Of a stretch of 64,000 nucleotides of DNA, positions 1-9,669 are shown piece after piece. Below the pieces are notes generated by a model. The model saw only the letters and a program-made list of their open reading frames with translations, was not told the DNA's origin and searched no databases. How positions within the stretch are numbered: the stretch's first letter is position 1; every line of letters starts with the position of its first letter. The DNA lies in the IMG/VR virus record IMGVR_UViG_3300027870_000002, positions 1,202-65,201 of that record. One strand, given 5' to 3'. The position numbers were made by a program, and so were the translations under genes. This DNA comes from a virus (taxonomy: Duplodnaviria; Caudoviricetes).

Positions 1-66
1 AAGTGTGTTCTTAGCGACGATGAGCGGGTGCGATTTAATGAGGCCCTCGATCGTTTACAAAAGTGA
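1..66 (+). CDS. Partial C-terminus of probable i-spanin (Rz-like)
   Basis: Frame 1 reads KCVLSDDERVRFNEALDRLQK*, overlapping a lipoprotein ORF as in Rz/Rz1 pairs. Confidence 0.4.
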   Translation, partial: KCVLSDDERVRFNEALDRLQK

Positions 67-247
67 GAGCGTGCAAATAACATGCCCACCGGCATACTTA
101 GAGCCATCGCCAAAACTCGCGCATATTGGCGCTGACGAAAACTATAAAGCATACTCGATGGGCATTGTCATTGACTACCTAATCCTGAGCAATAAGCACA
201 AAGGACTAGTGGACTGTATCGACGAATTTAATTCTGCTCACAAGTAG
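5..247 (+). CDS. Probable o-spanin lipoprotein (Rz1-like), 5' end possibly outside window
   Basis: Lipobox-like MSGC, Pro-rich CPPAYLEPSP, C-terminal helix with Cys; converges on the minus-strand arm. Confidence 0.6.
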   Translation: MFLATMSGCDLMRPSIVYKSESVQITCPPAYLEPSPKLAHIGADENYKAYSMGIVIDYLILSNKHKGLVDCIDEFNSAHK

Positions 248-519
248 AACGGCTTGCCCTCCGGGGTATGCAAAATGTGGTAGTAGGCAACACTAGCATG
301 CTCCTCAATACCAACAGCATCAAGTGTCATATAGGCCTGCAGCTTTTCTGAGTAGTAGCCTACATCAATAGCCGGCGTGTCCTCCTCTGTGGACACGCTC
401 ATAATAACAAGAAGCACGCCCGGTGGAGCATTTCCCTCGGGCGTTTTTTCTATCCAATCCGTGGGGATTGGGGAAGCTTTACGCGTCTTCGTCGTCTTCG
501 ACATCGACACTCTCTTCAC
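238..519 (-). CDS. Hypothetical protein
   Basis: ORF in packed operon. Confidence 0.6.
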   Translation of the reverse strand: MKRVSMSKTTKTRKASPIPTDWIEKTPEGNAPPGVLLVIMSVSTEEDTPAIDVGYYSEKLQAYMTLDAVGIEEHASVAYYHILHTPEGKPFYL

Positions 520-652
520 TCATTTCCTGAAGGATTTCCATTGTCTGAACTAATTTGTCCATGACAATTATGGACCCGTCTTCAATACCAAGCTGTTGGT
601 AGCATTCTTCAATTAGATTAAATGCGGCCTTTACGTCTTCTCGTTCAATCAC
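479..652 (-). CDS. Hypothetical acidic protein (57 aa, absent from ORF track)
   Basis: GTG start overlapping upstream stop; MIEREDVKAAFNLIEECY...DVEDDEDA; fills the gap. Confidence 0.6.
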   Translation of the reverse strand: MIEREDVKAAFNLIEECYQQLGIEDGSIIVMDKLVQTMEILQEMSEESVDVEDDEDA

Positions 653-870
653 TTCTTTTTCCTACTGTTGATTTCCGCGTTAATTAGGCGAAGGAGCGCA
701 CTACTGAACATCTCCTTAGCAAAGCTATTGGCTACCTCCCAGCCGTAGGCCTTGTGCTTCTCTACGCATATGTCAGCCCAACGCTGCACAAACTTCTTGT
801 CGTATTTCACTTCTTCGCTTTGGGCATCTTCAGGAATAGGCTTCGTCATTCCGAGGGTTTGCAGGTCCAT
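649..870 (-). CDS. Hypothetical protein
   Basis: ORF, TAATG coupling. Confidence 0.65.
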   Translation of the reverse strand: MDLQTLGMTKPIPEDAQSEEVKYDKKFVQRWADICVEKHKAYGWEVANSFAKEMFSSALLRLINAEINSRKKK

Positions 871-1223
871 TATGAGTTTAGAAATTTCCTTCTAGCATCG
901 CGGAGTCTCTGCTGTTCTCTAAGCTGACTTTCAGATTTCATCCTAGCATATAGAGTATTAAAAAGATCATCCAGTCCTGTACAAATTATATAGCCACACA
1001 TACCAACATCGCCGGATGCATATAAAGCTACGCCACTATCGTGCTTAAAATAATATGGCGTCTGTATGCGCCACTCATGTAGTGGGATTGCTCTAACCTT
1101 GGCCTGTACTTCGGCCATTTCAGCATCAGTTACATCAGCGCTACAGACGTTAGAACATTCTTCGCTTCGCTCTTTTCCACTTCTGTGTAGCGAGTTCTTG
1201 ACCAAGTTCCACAATCGAGACAT
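870..1223 (-). CDS. Hypothetical protein (start uncertain)
   Basis: ORF in operon. Confidence 0.55.
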   Translation of the reverse strand: MSRLWNLVKNSLHRSGKERSEECSNVCSADVTDAEMAEVQAKVRAIPLHEWRIQTPYYFKHDSGVALYASGDVGMCGYIICTGLDDLFNTLYARMKSESQLREQQRLRDARRKFLNS

Positions 1224-1876
1224 GCAATCCTCTTATAGATTCCTGTTTGGGTTTTGTAATAGCCGCGCTGCTGGATGTGCTTGCTGCCACACGTCGGACA
1301 CACACCCTTATTGCCATACAGATTGTGATTGGGGTGGTTGGCAATCCAAGGCTTGAGCTTCTCGTAAAGCTTCTCTAGAAGCTTGACGTCTTGCATGTTA
1401 TACTTCTTCATCTGGGCCCATGCCTTCTCATTTCCCTGAAGACAATCCACCCACATCTGAAAGCCTTCGTGTTCAAGCTTCTGTCCAATTCCAAGTTCAT
1501 CAGATACATGCTGAAGCTTGTTAGAGGGAAACTTGAATGCGCGCTTTGCCGTCTCTAGCAAGTCAATCTGTTTGTATGGACTCGGAGGAGACATGCCTTC
1601 TTTCAGAAACTCTCTGTTCAAGAGAGGAATGTCATGGCGCTTTCCGTTGTAGCTAACAACGGCATCGGCTTCGTCTAGCAGTGCATGGATAGAGGGTAGG
1701 AAGTGGTTATCGTCATAACGCGCGAATAACATATCCTTCTTACCATACCACTTAGCACTCCAGCACAATACCTTCCCATGATCTAGAAGCTGATCTAGGC
1801 TGAGCGTTTGGTTCCACATTCCCCATACGCCCCCAAGCAAGTACGAGTTTTCAATATCGAGCATTAAGATGTTGAT
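1130..1876 (-). CDS. RNase H-like 3'-5' exonuclease with C-terminal Zn ribbon; probable ATC start at 1876 (ATG alternative at 1864)
   Basis: LDIE, YNGKRHD, YNMQDV motifs; CPTC...CLDC; SD AAGGA 7 nt before ATC. Confidence 0.85.
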   Translation of the reverse strand: MNILMLDIENSYLLGGVWGMWNQTLSLDQLLDHGKVLCWSAKWYGKKDMLFARYDDNHFLPSIHALLDEADAVVSYNGKRHDIPLLNREFLKEGMSPPSPYKQIDLLETAKRAFKFPSNKLQHVSDELGIGQKLEHEGFQMWVDCLQGNEKAWAQMKKYNMQDVKLLEKLYEKLKPWIANHPNHNLYGNKGVCPTCGSKHIQQRGYYKTQTGIYKRIACLDCGTWSRTRYTEVEKSEAKNVLTSVALM

Positions 1877-1879
1877 AGA

Positions 1880-2086
1880 TTAGTCCTTATTGTTATTGAT
1901 TTGTTGGTCCAATATGTCTGCCCACTCTTCTAGCTCTAGCTCCTCTTCGCTATATTCTCTGTCGCAATCGTTGTTATACGATTGCTCCTCATAGAGGAGG
2001 GCCTCCACAAGCCGGTGCTGCTCCAAGAGCTCGCGCCGCGAACGTGGTAGTTGCTTGCCCAAGGGCATCAGCCTTCTCCTTATCAA
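1880..2086 (-). CDS. Hypothetical acidic protein
   Basis: ORF. Confidence 0.5.
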   Translation of the reverse strand: MIRRRLMPLGKQLPRSRRELLEQHRLVEALLYEEQSYNNDCDREYSEEELELEEWADILDQQINNNKD

Positions 2087-2285
2087 TTAGCATTTGAATG
2101 TAATGAATAGCCTTTTCCAAGTCTTCAATACCGCCCTTATTTCTATGACGGCATATGTACTTGATAGCATTGCCTTCTTCAAAGCCCAGATTGTTGGCCT
2201 GAATAAATTCAATGGGCTGTATCTTCATCTGCTTATAATGTGTACCTCCCACTTGCCGATTTAGCGAGTCCATATTATCGGGCAT
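1989..2285 (-). CDS. DUF3310 / T7 gp1.7-like nucleotide kinase family protein
   Basis: QVGGTHY...IQPIEFI...GNAIKYICR...KGGIEDLEKAIHY. Confidence 0.85.
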   Translation of the reverse strand: MPDNMDSLNRQVGGTHYKQMKIQPIEFIQANNLGFEEGNAIKYICRHRNKGGIEDLEKAIHYIQMLIDKEKADALGQATTTFAARALGAAPACGGPPL

Positions 2286-2610
2286 CACCCTCACCCTGAA
2301 GACGTCCCCTAGACTTTCTATTCTCCAACTTCCCAATGTTCATCTCCATCAATGCGCCAATAGAGGTGCCGGTTTCATTGCAATACTGGCTAATCATCCA
2401 TAGGCAATCGCCCATTTCTTTATCCACGCCTTCCTGCCAAGCCGTCATGTCTGTACCAGCATAGTCCCCCCGTACAAGCTTAGCTAACTTGCCCGCTACC
2501 TCGCCGGCCTCGCTGGCTAGCCCGAGGATAAGATACACCATCGCATCCCCCTCTTCGGTGGAGTAGATGGCAAAGTCTTTAGTGCGCTTCTGATATTCTT
2601 CGTTAGTCAA
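2275..2610 (-). CDS. MazG-like nucleotide pyrophosphohydrolase
   Basis: LGLASEAGEVAGK...KEMGDCLW...NIGKL..R; likely TTG start. Confidence 0.85.
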   Translation of the reverse strand: MTNEEYQKRTKDFAIYSTEEGDAMVYLILGLASEAGEVAGKLAKLVRGDYAGTDMTAWQEGVDKEMGDCLWMISQYCNETGTSIGALMEMNIGKLENRKSRGRLQGEGDAR

Positions 2611-2854
2611 TTGAGCAATACCTCGCTTCAGCGCGCACCCACTGCCCGTGGGCATATACAGTCTCACTTCTCAGGCCGCCCTCTGCCCAGTACGATACAC
2701 CAAGACTTCCTCCAAAGCGTTGATCCAAAACATACTTTCCGTCGGTCTCTTTGGTAGTGGTGAAATCTTCATACCTATCAGTGCCGGTTTGCACTCTTAC
2801 GTAGATACATTTAGTTTTCAACTTTCTTTCTATCCTCTCGTGTCTTACCATCAT
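2603..2854 (-). CDS. Hypothetical protein
   Basis: ORF in operon. Confidence 0.55.
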   Translation of the reverse strand: MMVRHERIERKLKTKCIYVRVQTGTDRYEDFTTTKETDGKYVLDQRFGGSLGVSYWAEGGLRSETVYAHGQWVRAEARYCSID

Positions 2855-3197
2855 GGCAGGGCTTACATAAAACTTGTAGGTTGTCTAGTTCACAGAACAA
2901 CGTCTTGACAAAATTAGGCAAGTCTTCCAATGTATTCAAACTACCGCAAGGTTTGATGTGATCTACTGTTACCTCACTATTCGCTTTCCACTTCTTGCAC
3001 TTGGCACATTGGTATTGCCATTTCAGACGCTTGTTCTTCTTGTCCTTGCTGGGGCGCTTGGCTGCATTCAGACAATCGTATATTGGCTTCCATCGCCTGC
3101 TTTTCTGGCGCAACGCCGCCCGAATAAAACTAAAAAACCCCGCCTTTGTCATTGTCCCTGAGGCGAATGGCCGCTCCACGTTGGCCCGTTTAGCCAT
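2811..3197 (-). CDS. HNH endonuclease
   Basis: YQCAKC...VDHIKPCG...NLQVLCKPCHDGKT. Confidence 0.9.
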   Translation of the reverse strand: MAKRANVERPFASGTMTKAGFFSFIRAALRQKSRRWKPIYDCLNAAKRPSKDKKNKRLKWQYQCAKCKKWKANSEVTVDHIKPCGSLNTLEDLPNFVKTLFCELDNLQVLCKPCHDGKTREDRKKVEN

Positions 3198-3472
3198 CAG
3201 ATGTCAGGCGCCTCGTCGTAAGTGTGGCACATCATATCTAAGCTAGGTTGAAAATAATATCGCACTCCATTCCTAGCTACTGAACTATAACCATGTGGCT
3301 CTGTTTGCACGAGGTCCTCTGTGTGCAGCTTCACCGCGCTATTCAGCCCCTTGCACTCAATCACCTGTGGATGGTACACATGCGGCTTGGGCCATAGGGC
3401 CGCACCAATAACAAGCACGCCAAATCCAGCAAAGCCCAACATAATACTCTTACCGATCCATTTAAGTTTCAT
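3197..3472 (-). CDS. Membrane-anchored hypothetical protein
   Basis: N-terminal hydrophobic helix. Confidence 0.6.
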   Translation of the reverse strand: MKLKWIGKSIMLGFAGFGVLVIGAALWPKPHVYHPQVIECKGLNSAVKLHTEDLVQTEPHGYSSVARNGVRYYFQPSLDMMCHTYDEAPDI

Positions 3473-4283
3473 TCCTGCTTCTCCTAATCCAGAGCAGTTT
3501 CTTAACTTCGTCTACAACATTATCAGTGGATATAACACTACCGTCTTCTGCAATATACCCACTTGGGTAGGCCTCTTTCCATGCGCGCCTAACAGCCTTA
3601 TCCATATCCCTAGCACCTTCCAGTAGCTTAGCTGCTGTAATGGGACCTACACCATCAATGCCGGGAATGTTATCTGTCCTGTCTCCCGTCAAGCATTGTA
3701 TGTAGTAGTTAAGCTCTGCCTGCTCATCATCAACTGTCTGCCATTCTTCCTTCTTCCAGTTGTAGTGGATTGATGGGATAGTGAGCAGGTCCTTGTCAAT
3801 GGACACGATAATACTATCATCGCCAGCCTGCTGAATCTCTGTGGCTCTGATGCCTATTTCGTCATCGGCTTCCTGCCCATCAACAACAATCCCCTTCCAT
3901 TTGTTCATGATGTATTGGCGAATAGCATCATAATGCACAGGCTTTGGTTGTACTCTATTAGCTTTGTAGCCGACGATGGTGGCAACATCTTTGCGGAAGT
4001 TGTCCACTCCAGATAGATATACTTCGTGCTTGTCGGCCTTAACACTATCCACAATCTTCAATAGCATTGTGTTGATAATGTGCAATGCGTTCTCTACTGG
4101 CTCTACCTCAATCTCTGTATACAAACATTTTGGATCGAGTCCATACTCAGAGCAGTACCACAAGGCGTCTGCTTTGGTGTTGAACACTGCCGTAGGGTCT
4201 GTCTCTAGCTTCCACTTGGATTTCTGTACAGCAAATCCCGCAGCATAGACGGGGCTATCTGCATCAATCAGCGCTATTCTCAT
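3462..4283 (-). CDS. 5'-3' exonuclease (T7 gp6/FEN-like)
   Basis: LIDAD, YKANR, EADD, SIDKDL, GDRTDNIPGIDGVGPITA. Confidence 0.92.
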   Translation of the reverse strand: MRIALIDADSPVYAAGFAVQKSKWKLETDPTAVFNTKADALWYCSEYGLDPKCLYTEIEVEPVENALHIINTMLLKIVDSVKADKHEVYLSGVDNFRKDVATIVGYKANRVQPKPVHYDAIRQYIMNKWKGIVVDGQEADDEIGIRATEIQQAGDDSIIVSIDKDLLTIPSIHYNWKKEEWQTVDDEQAELNYYIQCLTGDRTDNIPGIDGVGPITAAKLLEGARDMDKAVRRAWKEAYPSGYIAEDGSVISTDNVVDEVKKLLWIRRSRNET

Positions 4284-4400
4284 TAGCCATCCTGTAGCAC
4301 TTCACATAAATGCCGTAATGCTGGTAATACCAAAGCTTTGGATAGAGCGTAGGCGCATGCTTTTTTATCATCATCTGTTTCCACTCGTGGAAAGCTAACA

Positions 4401-4592
4401 TCAAAACCTCGCTACGCTCTTTTCTAAGACAGTGTTGCGAAACGCAAGTTCCCGAATAATGTAAATCAAATCGGTGCGTTCAAGGCTGTTAGCCTGCACA
4501 CTATCAATCAGCTTCATGATTTGCTCGTTGGTGTAGTCAGCGAATTCGCAGGCCTTAGCAGCAGCACCTGAGGAGTATTTCATTCCCATCAC
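4401..4592 (-). CDS. Hypothetical protein
   Basis: ORF. Confidence 0.55.
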   Translation of the reverse strand: MMGMKYSSGAAAKACEFADYTNEQIMKLIDSVQANSLERTDLIYIIRELAFRNTVLEKSVARF

Positions 4593-4852
4593 TTCCTATC
4601 CTTCTTGTGTAGGTCTTTGTTCTCTTTGCTGTAAAACTTCGCGTTTGTATCCGCCACTGCCGGCATTAGTTCCTGTGGCGTTATAATTGCTGAGCAGAGC
4701 AGCACCTGCGTACCATCTAGGGCATACTTCTGATAGTAGGAACATGCGCTCACTACGTTGTTCTCTCCGTCAGAATAACCAAGCCGATAGAATCCAAACA
4801 CAGACAGAAGTGTTAATGCTGATAGTAGGGCTCCTTGAAGAAATTGCTTCAC
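4589..4852 (-). CDS. Membrane-anchored hypothetical protein
   Basis: SD AAGGAGG, N-terminal TM helix. Confidence 0.65.
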   Translation of the reverse strand: MKQFLQGALLSALTLLSVFGFYRLGYSDGENNVVSACSYYQKYALDGTQVLLCSAIITPQELMPAVADTNAKFYSKENKDLHKKDRK

Positions 4853-5031
4853 CGCTCCTCCTTAGTCATTGCTAAGGCGTCCATTAGATAGCCAACTTCT
4901 GTCTGAAGATGGTCTGCCCAATCTACGCCACCGCCTAGCTGTATTTCTATACTAGCTGCTTTAAGCCTATCGGCTATTCTCCTAATAACAAGAGCTTGGC
5001 TTTTAGCGTATGATAAATCTAAACCGGTCAC
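4849..5031 (-). CDS. Hypothetical protein
   Basis: ORF with coupled start and stop. Confidence 0.55.
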   Translation of the reverse strand: MTGLDLSYAKSQALVIRRIADRLKAASIEIQLGGGVDWADHLQTEVGYLMDALAMTKEER

Positions 5032-5160
5032 TTATCTAGCCTCTCACATTGTTCACACCACGCCTTGAACCTATCTGAGGCAAGATATCTTTGCATGTCT
5101 AAGTGCATTACGTAGTTCTCGTCATAGTAATAACAATCGTAAATATATCTTCTACTATTA

Positions 5161-5880
5161 CTACTCAGTTGCGGAGATAAGGGCTTTGTAGCTGACTGGA
5201 AACAGCGGCTCAATAATTGCTGCACACATTTTAGCAATGTCTCTTACCTCCTTCTGCGCATGTGGATCAAGACGGAGCTTTAGGAAATGGGCCCAGTTGC
5301 GTAGATTGCCTGTCATGTAAAAGCTCGTGTACAGATTCTGCGGCAATATCATCCTTGCCTGCTCAGCACAGACACCATTATCGACCATACTCTTGTACAT
5401 TATCAAAACTTGCGATAACACTTCGTCCCTAATGTATTCGTCTACATTATCCCACATTTCGTTGCCACCAGAATACATGTATTCTGCAGCATCATCACTA
5501 CTGCCCTGCTTAACATTCTCAGCAGCCTTGCGCCATTTGTCTGGCCAATAGAATTCCAGATTGTCCTTGACGTAGCGCCTACTGATTTCATTGTAGCTAA
5601 ACGTACGATGGCGATGAATCTGACTGCGAACGAATAGCGGCACCTTCAAACGTAGCGTCGCGCCCTGATGCTCGAAGCATGAGAAATGTTTGTTCTTGGC
5701 TAAGAAGCCAATGAGCTTTTCGTCTTTAGCATCTAGATGCTTCTCAAACCACGTGTCACTATCTTGCGTCGCGAGGGAACATTCGACGATTTTCCATTCG
5801 CTCTCTTTATCCATGGACACTCGCGCCGCGTTAACGGCGCTGAGGTCGGAGCCATAGTGAGTGATATACTCAGCCTTCAT
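5161..5880 (-). CDS. thyX: Flavin-dependent thymidylate synthase
   Basis: HFSCFEH, RHRTFSYNEISRRY, EQARMILP, LRLDPHAQKEVR. Confidence 0.95.
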   Translation of the reverse strand: MKAEYITHYGSDLSAVNAARVSMDKESEWKIVECSLATQDSDTWFEKHLDAKDEKLIGFLAKNKHFSCFEHQGATLRLKVPLFVRSQIHRHRTFSYNEISRRYVKDNLEFYWPDKWRKAAENVKQGSSDDAAEYMYSGGNEMWDNVDEYIRDEVLSQVLIMYKSMVDNGVCAEQARMILPQNLYTSFYMTGNLRNWAHFLKLRLDPHAQKEVRDIAKMCAAIIEPLFPVSYKALISATE

Positions 5881-6088
5881 TCTTCTTCCTGAAGCTGTCG
5901 TTCTTCAAAGCCCAGTCTAGTTTATCTTGCAATGTAAGTAGTGCGTCTTCCAATACCTTATCACCAAGCCCTTCTCGCACATTTATGCGATCTTCTATAA
6001 AGAATGCAGCTGCTACTTTAATTGCACGGCGCTTGCCCGGATTGCGGATAGAGAGTATGATGCTTATTTCGCCGGGAGTATCCGCCAT
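5870..6088 (-). CDS. Hypothetical protein
   Basis: ORF. Confidence 0.6.
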   Translation of the reverse strand: MADTPGEISIILSIRNPGKRRAIKVAAAFFIEDRINVREGLGDKVLEDALLTLQDKLDWALKNDSFRKKNEG

Positions 6089-6756
6089 TAGTACACCACT
6101 GAGGTCATGTTAAACTGCACAGTTTTGGGTGCCGGCTGTGGAACATGTAGGCGCACATTAAACACAACATGCTGACCTAGAGCAATGTAACAGCCCGGCT
6201 TAGTGGGATCAGTGGAGAGTTTTGGAAAGGATTCGCCCGGCCCGCGCGTTGCTGTGCAAGCGCCTGCTACATTGCCCTTCACATTACCACTAAAATCTCC
6301 CACCTGCGTAGACCATGCACCATCTAGAACAGCTCCGTTATAGCTTGAGATGTTCACCATCACCTGCGCCTTGACATTTGGCATAGCATCCAAGGCCACA
6401 TAGCCGGGGCCAGTGAATTGCACAACGGCCGGCGAAGAGCCGTTAGCCCCCGGCCACGGCGTAATACCATCTATGCTATCACGATGGCCAAACAGATTGT
6501 CCCACCTGGTGATGTCAATTGTACGAACGCCGCTACCCGGAACATTGGGATATTTGATAGTGGCAGTGAGCTGCCGACCAGCTGGGTCGGGGGGCACTAC
6601 ACCGCAAGACCCCGGAGACGCGTCACGCATACCGACAAAGGGCGGAGCAACTTCCAGCGTACCACAATAAACGCGTTCGTCAACAATGTGAGTTTGCTTG
6701 GCAGCAAGAGCCGTACCGGAGCCAAGGGCAAGCATTAAAGCTAGAGCAAGTTTCAT
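6088..6756 (-). CDS. Secreted/periplasmic protein with signal peptide
   Basis: SD AGGAG; MKLALALMLALGSGTALA signal; four Cys; beta-rich. Confidence 0.7.
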   Translation of the reverse strand: MKLALALMLALGSGTALAAKQTHIVDERVYCGTLEVAPPFVGMRDASPGSCGVVPPDPAGRQLTATIKYPNVPGSGVRTIDITRWDNLFGHRDSIDGITPWPGANGSSPAVVQFTGPGYVALDAMPNVKAQVMVNISSYNGAVLDGAWSTQVGDFSGNVKGNVAGACTATRGPGESFPKLSTDPTKPGCYIALGQHVVFNVRLHVPQPAPKTVQFNMTSVVY

Positions 6757-6767
6757 AAATTCTCCTG

Positions 6768-8699
6768 TCATTTAATTGGGCAAACGCCGCTAGCGCATTC
6801 ATCGTCACTATCGAAGTTTGCATCATCTACGCGTGTAATAATTTTCGTCTTCTTTACAAGCTTGTTGTATTCCTCTTCCGAGATTTCTTCCAACGGAGCT
6901 TGGTCAAAGCCGTGTTCAGAGTGAAGTAGGAACGATAGGCTCTTGAAGTGCTTGTTGTAGTATTTGCTTAGATACTCCTTGATAGCTGGCAGCTCTTCCT
7001 TCTTGTAATACACCGTACAGCTTACTGCGTTGTCACTCCATTCGGCCTGAAGTCGTCGAACAACTTCGAGCTGGTCGAGCGCCGACATGTCTCTAGCCAA
7101 CGTCGTATGTTCGGGATAGGAGAATGGGAACTCGGCAACCAAAGTTGTACGGTCGACTGATCCATCGAAAGCACGCACAGGTTCAATTCTGAATCCGTGG
7201 TCTTTGATAACCTGCACGAGGGGACTATCAGCAGACAGTCTAATCCGTCTAAGCATGAACCTGGCATACGCAGGATGACAGCCGGGTGTAACACCGGGCA
7301 GAAGGCTGAGGGTTCCTGACGGTTTAACAGTAGTGAGCTTAATGCTCGCAGGCCAGCCTCGTTCCCTCGAATAACTAGCGTCGAATTCTCTAAGCCGTAC
7401 ATAAACTCCTGCAAGCCAGCTCCTCTGCTCTTCGGTTGCTTGAAGATAGCCTGTAATTCCAATACCCATTCGCTGGTTGGCATGGACAATTGCTTCCGTT
7501 TCCTTGTTGTGGCACGGCAGGTTTAAGCTGTGCTTGCATACGCGGTACAGTAGTGTGGCTACATCCAGAAGGTCGTCTTCACTTCGGATGTTGGGAAGGA
7601 AGATTTCAGCAAGGCAGCAAGTTTCGTAATTAGCAAGCGATTGTTCGGCGCACGGATTGAATCCAATAACTTCTTTATCAGCGTACTGACGCTCGCCTGT
7701 TCTGCCGATTGCTCGGGCCAGCTTGAGATTGATGAGTCCGAAAGGTTCACCGTTACCAGTATAACCCTTCCAGATTTCGTCGGGAAGTAATCCAAAGTCG
7801 TTACAGACCACTGAGTTGTTGCTGTTGCTTCGCCAGTTTGGAATTCCACCCAAATCCCATCGCTTGCTTCGGAGATATTGAAAATCATCTGCGTCTCCTA
7901 TTGCTATCTCAGCACTGCGTCGCACATTACCAGCTACGACAATAGCACCGATGATGTTCATAATGTCTAGACAGTCGATGGGACGGAGCTGTTTTCCTTT
8001 GCGTCCTGCAAGAATTGCAGAAATGTTTCCAATTCCTTCACACAAGATTTCAGGTCCGCTAGCTGTTCCTCCAAATCCTCTAATAGGAGCGCCTGCCCCT
8101 CGGACAAGTTGCGTAGAGTACGTAAAACTCGTTTTTGCTCCTTTGTCGAAAGCTGCGCGAAGGGTGTACTCCAGCAGTTTAACCCAGCCCTCCCTACTAT
8201 CCGGGACAATGAAGTCCGCAGAAGCCGAGTCGAGACGTACAGGTCGGGAAAACGATTCCGAAACCTTTGGTAGTTTGTAGACATACTCTCTCTGAATGTT
8301 AAAGCCCACACCACAACCTAGCATTAGCATGTCCATCGTCCATGTGAATGGACGGATGGGCTCGTCTACACAGACGCATGCGCAGTTTTGGAGGCTGGCT
8401 AATCCAAGTCGGTCAACAGTAGATGTCCCGAGTTGCCAGAGGAATCTCCCTGCAACGGCCCCCCTAAGCTGCGCCAAATGATCTGCGAGCCGTTCTTGTT
8501 CTGATACTGTAAGGCCACATCCAAGCTGGTCATTAGCCGCGGTGACAACTCGATAAATAGTGTCTGCCCACTCTTCAGTCGGACTGTCAGGGTCGGATTC
8601 TTTGAGTCGTCTTGCATATGTCCTCTTGAATGTTAGGTAGCCCACAGATGACCACGGTGTTGCAACACTTCGTGTCGTTTGCTGTTCTTCCATGAACAT
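6768..8699 (-). CDS. nrdJ: Class II (B12-dependent) monomeric ribonucleotide reductase
   Basis: KRTYAR, LQNC, GNVRRSA, NPCAEQ, TTVKPSGTLS, C-terminal ECASGVCPIK; no beta subunit nearby. Confidence 0.92.
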   Translation of the reverse strand: MFMEEQQTTRSVATPWSSVGYLTFKRTYARRLKESDPDSPTEEWADTIYRVVTAANDQLGCGLTVSEQERLADHLAQLRGAVAGRFLWQLGTSTVDRLGLASLQNCACVCVDEPIRPFTWTMDMLMLGCGVGFNIQREYVYKLPKVSESFSRPVRLDSASADFIVPDSREGWVKLLEYTLRAAFDKGAKTSFTYSTQLVRGAGAPIRGFGGTASGPEILCEGIGNISAILAGRKGKQLRPIDCLDIMNIIGAIVVAGNVRRSAEIAIGDADDFQYLRSKRWDLGGIPNWRSNSNNSVVCNDFGLLPDEIWKGYTGNGEPFGLINLKLARAIGRTGERQYADKEVIGFNPCAEQSLANYETCCLAEIFLPNIRSEDDLLDVATLLYRVCKHSLNLPCHNKETEAIVHANQRMGIGITGYLQATEEQRSWLAGVYVRLREFDASYSRERGWPASIKLTTVKPSGTLSLLPGVTPGCHPAYARFMLRRIRLSADSPLVQVIKDHGFRIEPVRAFDGSVDRTTLVAEFPFSYPEHTTLARDMSALDQLEVVRRLQAEWSDNAVSCTVYYKKEELPAIKEYLSKYYNKHFKSLSFLLHSEHGFDQAPLEEISEEEYNKLVKKTKIITRVDDANFDSDDECASGVCPIK

Positions 8700-8703
8700 T
8701 CCT

Positions 8704-8955
8704 TTAGTTTGGACGCGCTAGTTCTGCGCCGTCCCAATTAGCTAGCTCTTTGTTCTCCACTTCCTTGAGGAAGTCTTCACAATTGCGACATGTTTGAATA
8801 GCATGGAACAGCAACGTCGTAGATGATTCCGTCACCCCCGTGTCCCTGTTGATAATGCCGTAGCCCTTAACAGCTACACCATCCTCCATGTGATCGTCAA
8901 CAATACAAACATCAAAACGGCCGTATGTAAATAGGCTCTTATTGTTCTCTGTCAT
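8704..8955 (-). CDS. Hypothetical protein
   Basis: ORF with SD. Confidence 0.65.
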   Translation of the reverse strand: MTENNKSLFTYGRFDVCIVDDHMEDGVAVKGYGIINRDTGVTESSTTLLFHAIQTCRNCEDFLKEVENKELANWDGAELARPN

Positions 8956-8963
8956 TACATTCC

Positions 8964-9317
8964 TTAGGAATTAAGCATGTCCGTAAATTTCTGCAGCACA
9001 GCTAGGGCATCTTCACTATCGCCTAGCTCAATAGCATCTGTAGCGGTAATGAGAATATCATACTGTGCTCTGGCGTAAGCATCGTGCTTCGCTTGGAAAG
9101 CCACTTCTTCTTTAGAACGTACATGAGAAGCAATACTGTTCCACGAATTATTGCCCCATATGTTAGACGCTGCTACAAATCCAGCTTTCTCCAATACCTG
9201 CTGGATTTTGACGGCTTTGTCTGGAGAGACTGGTTTGGTGTTATGATGAGCCGCTACGTTGGCTCGTACAATATTGGCCAACTTCTCCTTCAAATACTTC
9301 TTCTGTTCTTTGTTCAC
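8964..9317 (-). CDS. Hypothetical protein
   Basis: ORF with SD GAGGA. Confidence 0.65.
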   Translation of the reverse strand: MNKEQKKYLKEKLANIVRANVAAHHNTKPVSPDKAVKIQQVLEKAGFVAASNIWGNNSWNSIASHVRSKEEVAFQAKHDAYARAQYDILITATDAIELGDSEDALAVLQKFTDMLNS

Positions 9318-9330
9318 TTTAGGTCCTCAG

Positions 9331-9355
9331 AAAGAGAAGGGAGCTTGCGCTCCCC
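9331..9355 (-). terminator. Rho-independent terminator
   Basis: GGGGAGC-GCAA-GCTCCCT followed by TCTCTTT. Confidence 0.7.
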
Positions 9356-9360
9356 TCAGA

Positions 9361-9660
9361 TTAAACAGACAATTCCTTTTCTTGCAATTCTAGCAGAGCG
9401 TTGATAACATCGGGGATGGTGAGTGCAGATGTTTCATAAACCATACCCCCGCCCATCTGCACAAATTCAATGCCCGGATATTCCGTATAGCATGTGTCGC
9501 AAAATCCCTCGACGATGGTAGTGGCCTCTACTCGAATAGGCTTTGGGCTAGCAAGTGCCCTATCAATCTTAACCTTTTCGCTTTTTCTCCAGTCTTGGCT
9601 TTGTTCAGTAAGCCATTGGCGTGCCCACTTATCCATCAACGCTTCATACTTGCTTGCCAC
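9361..9660 (-). CDS. Hypothetical protein with CxxC
   Basis: SD AAGGAG; GFCDTC. Confidence 0.65.
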   Translation of the reverse strand: MASKYEALMDKWARQWLTEQSQDWRKSEKVKIDRALASPKPIRVEATTIVEGFCDTCYTEYPGIEFVQMGGGMVYETSALTIPDVINALLELQEKELSV

Positions 9661-9669
9661 AAATTCTCC

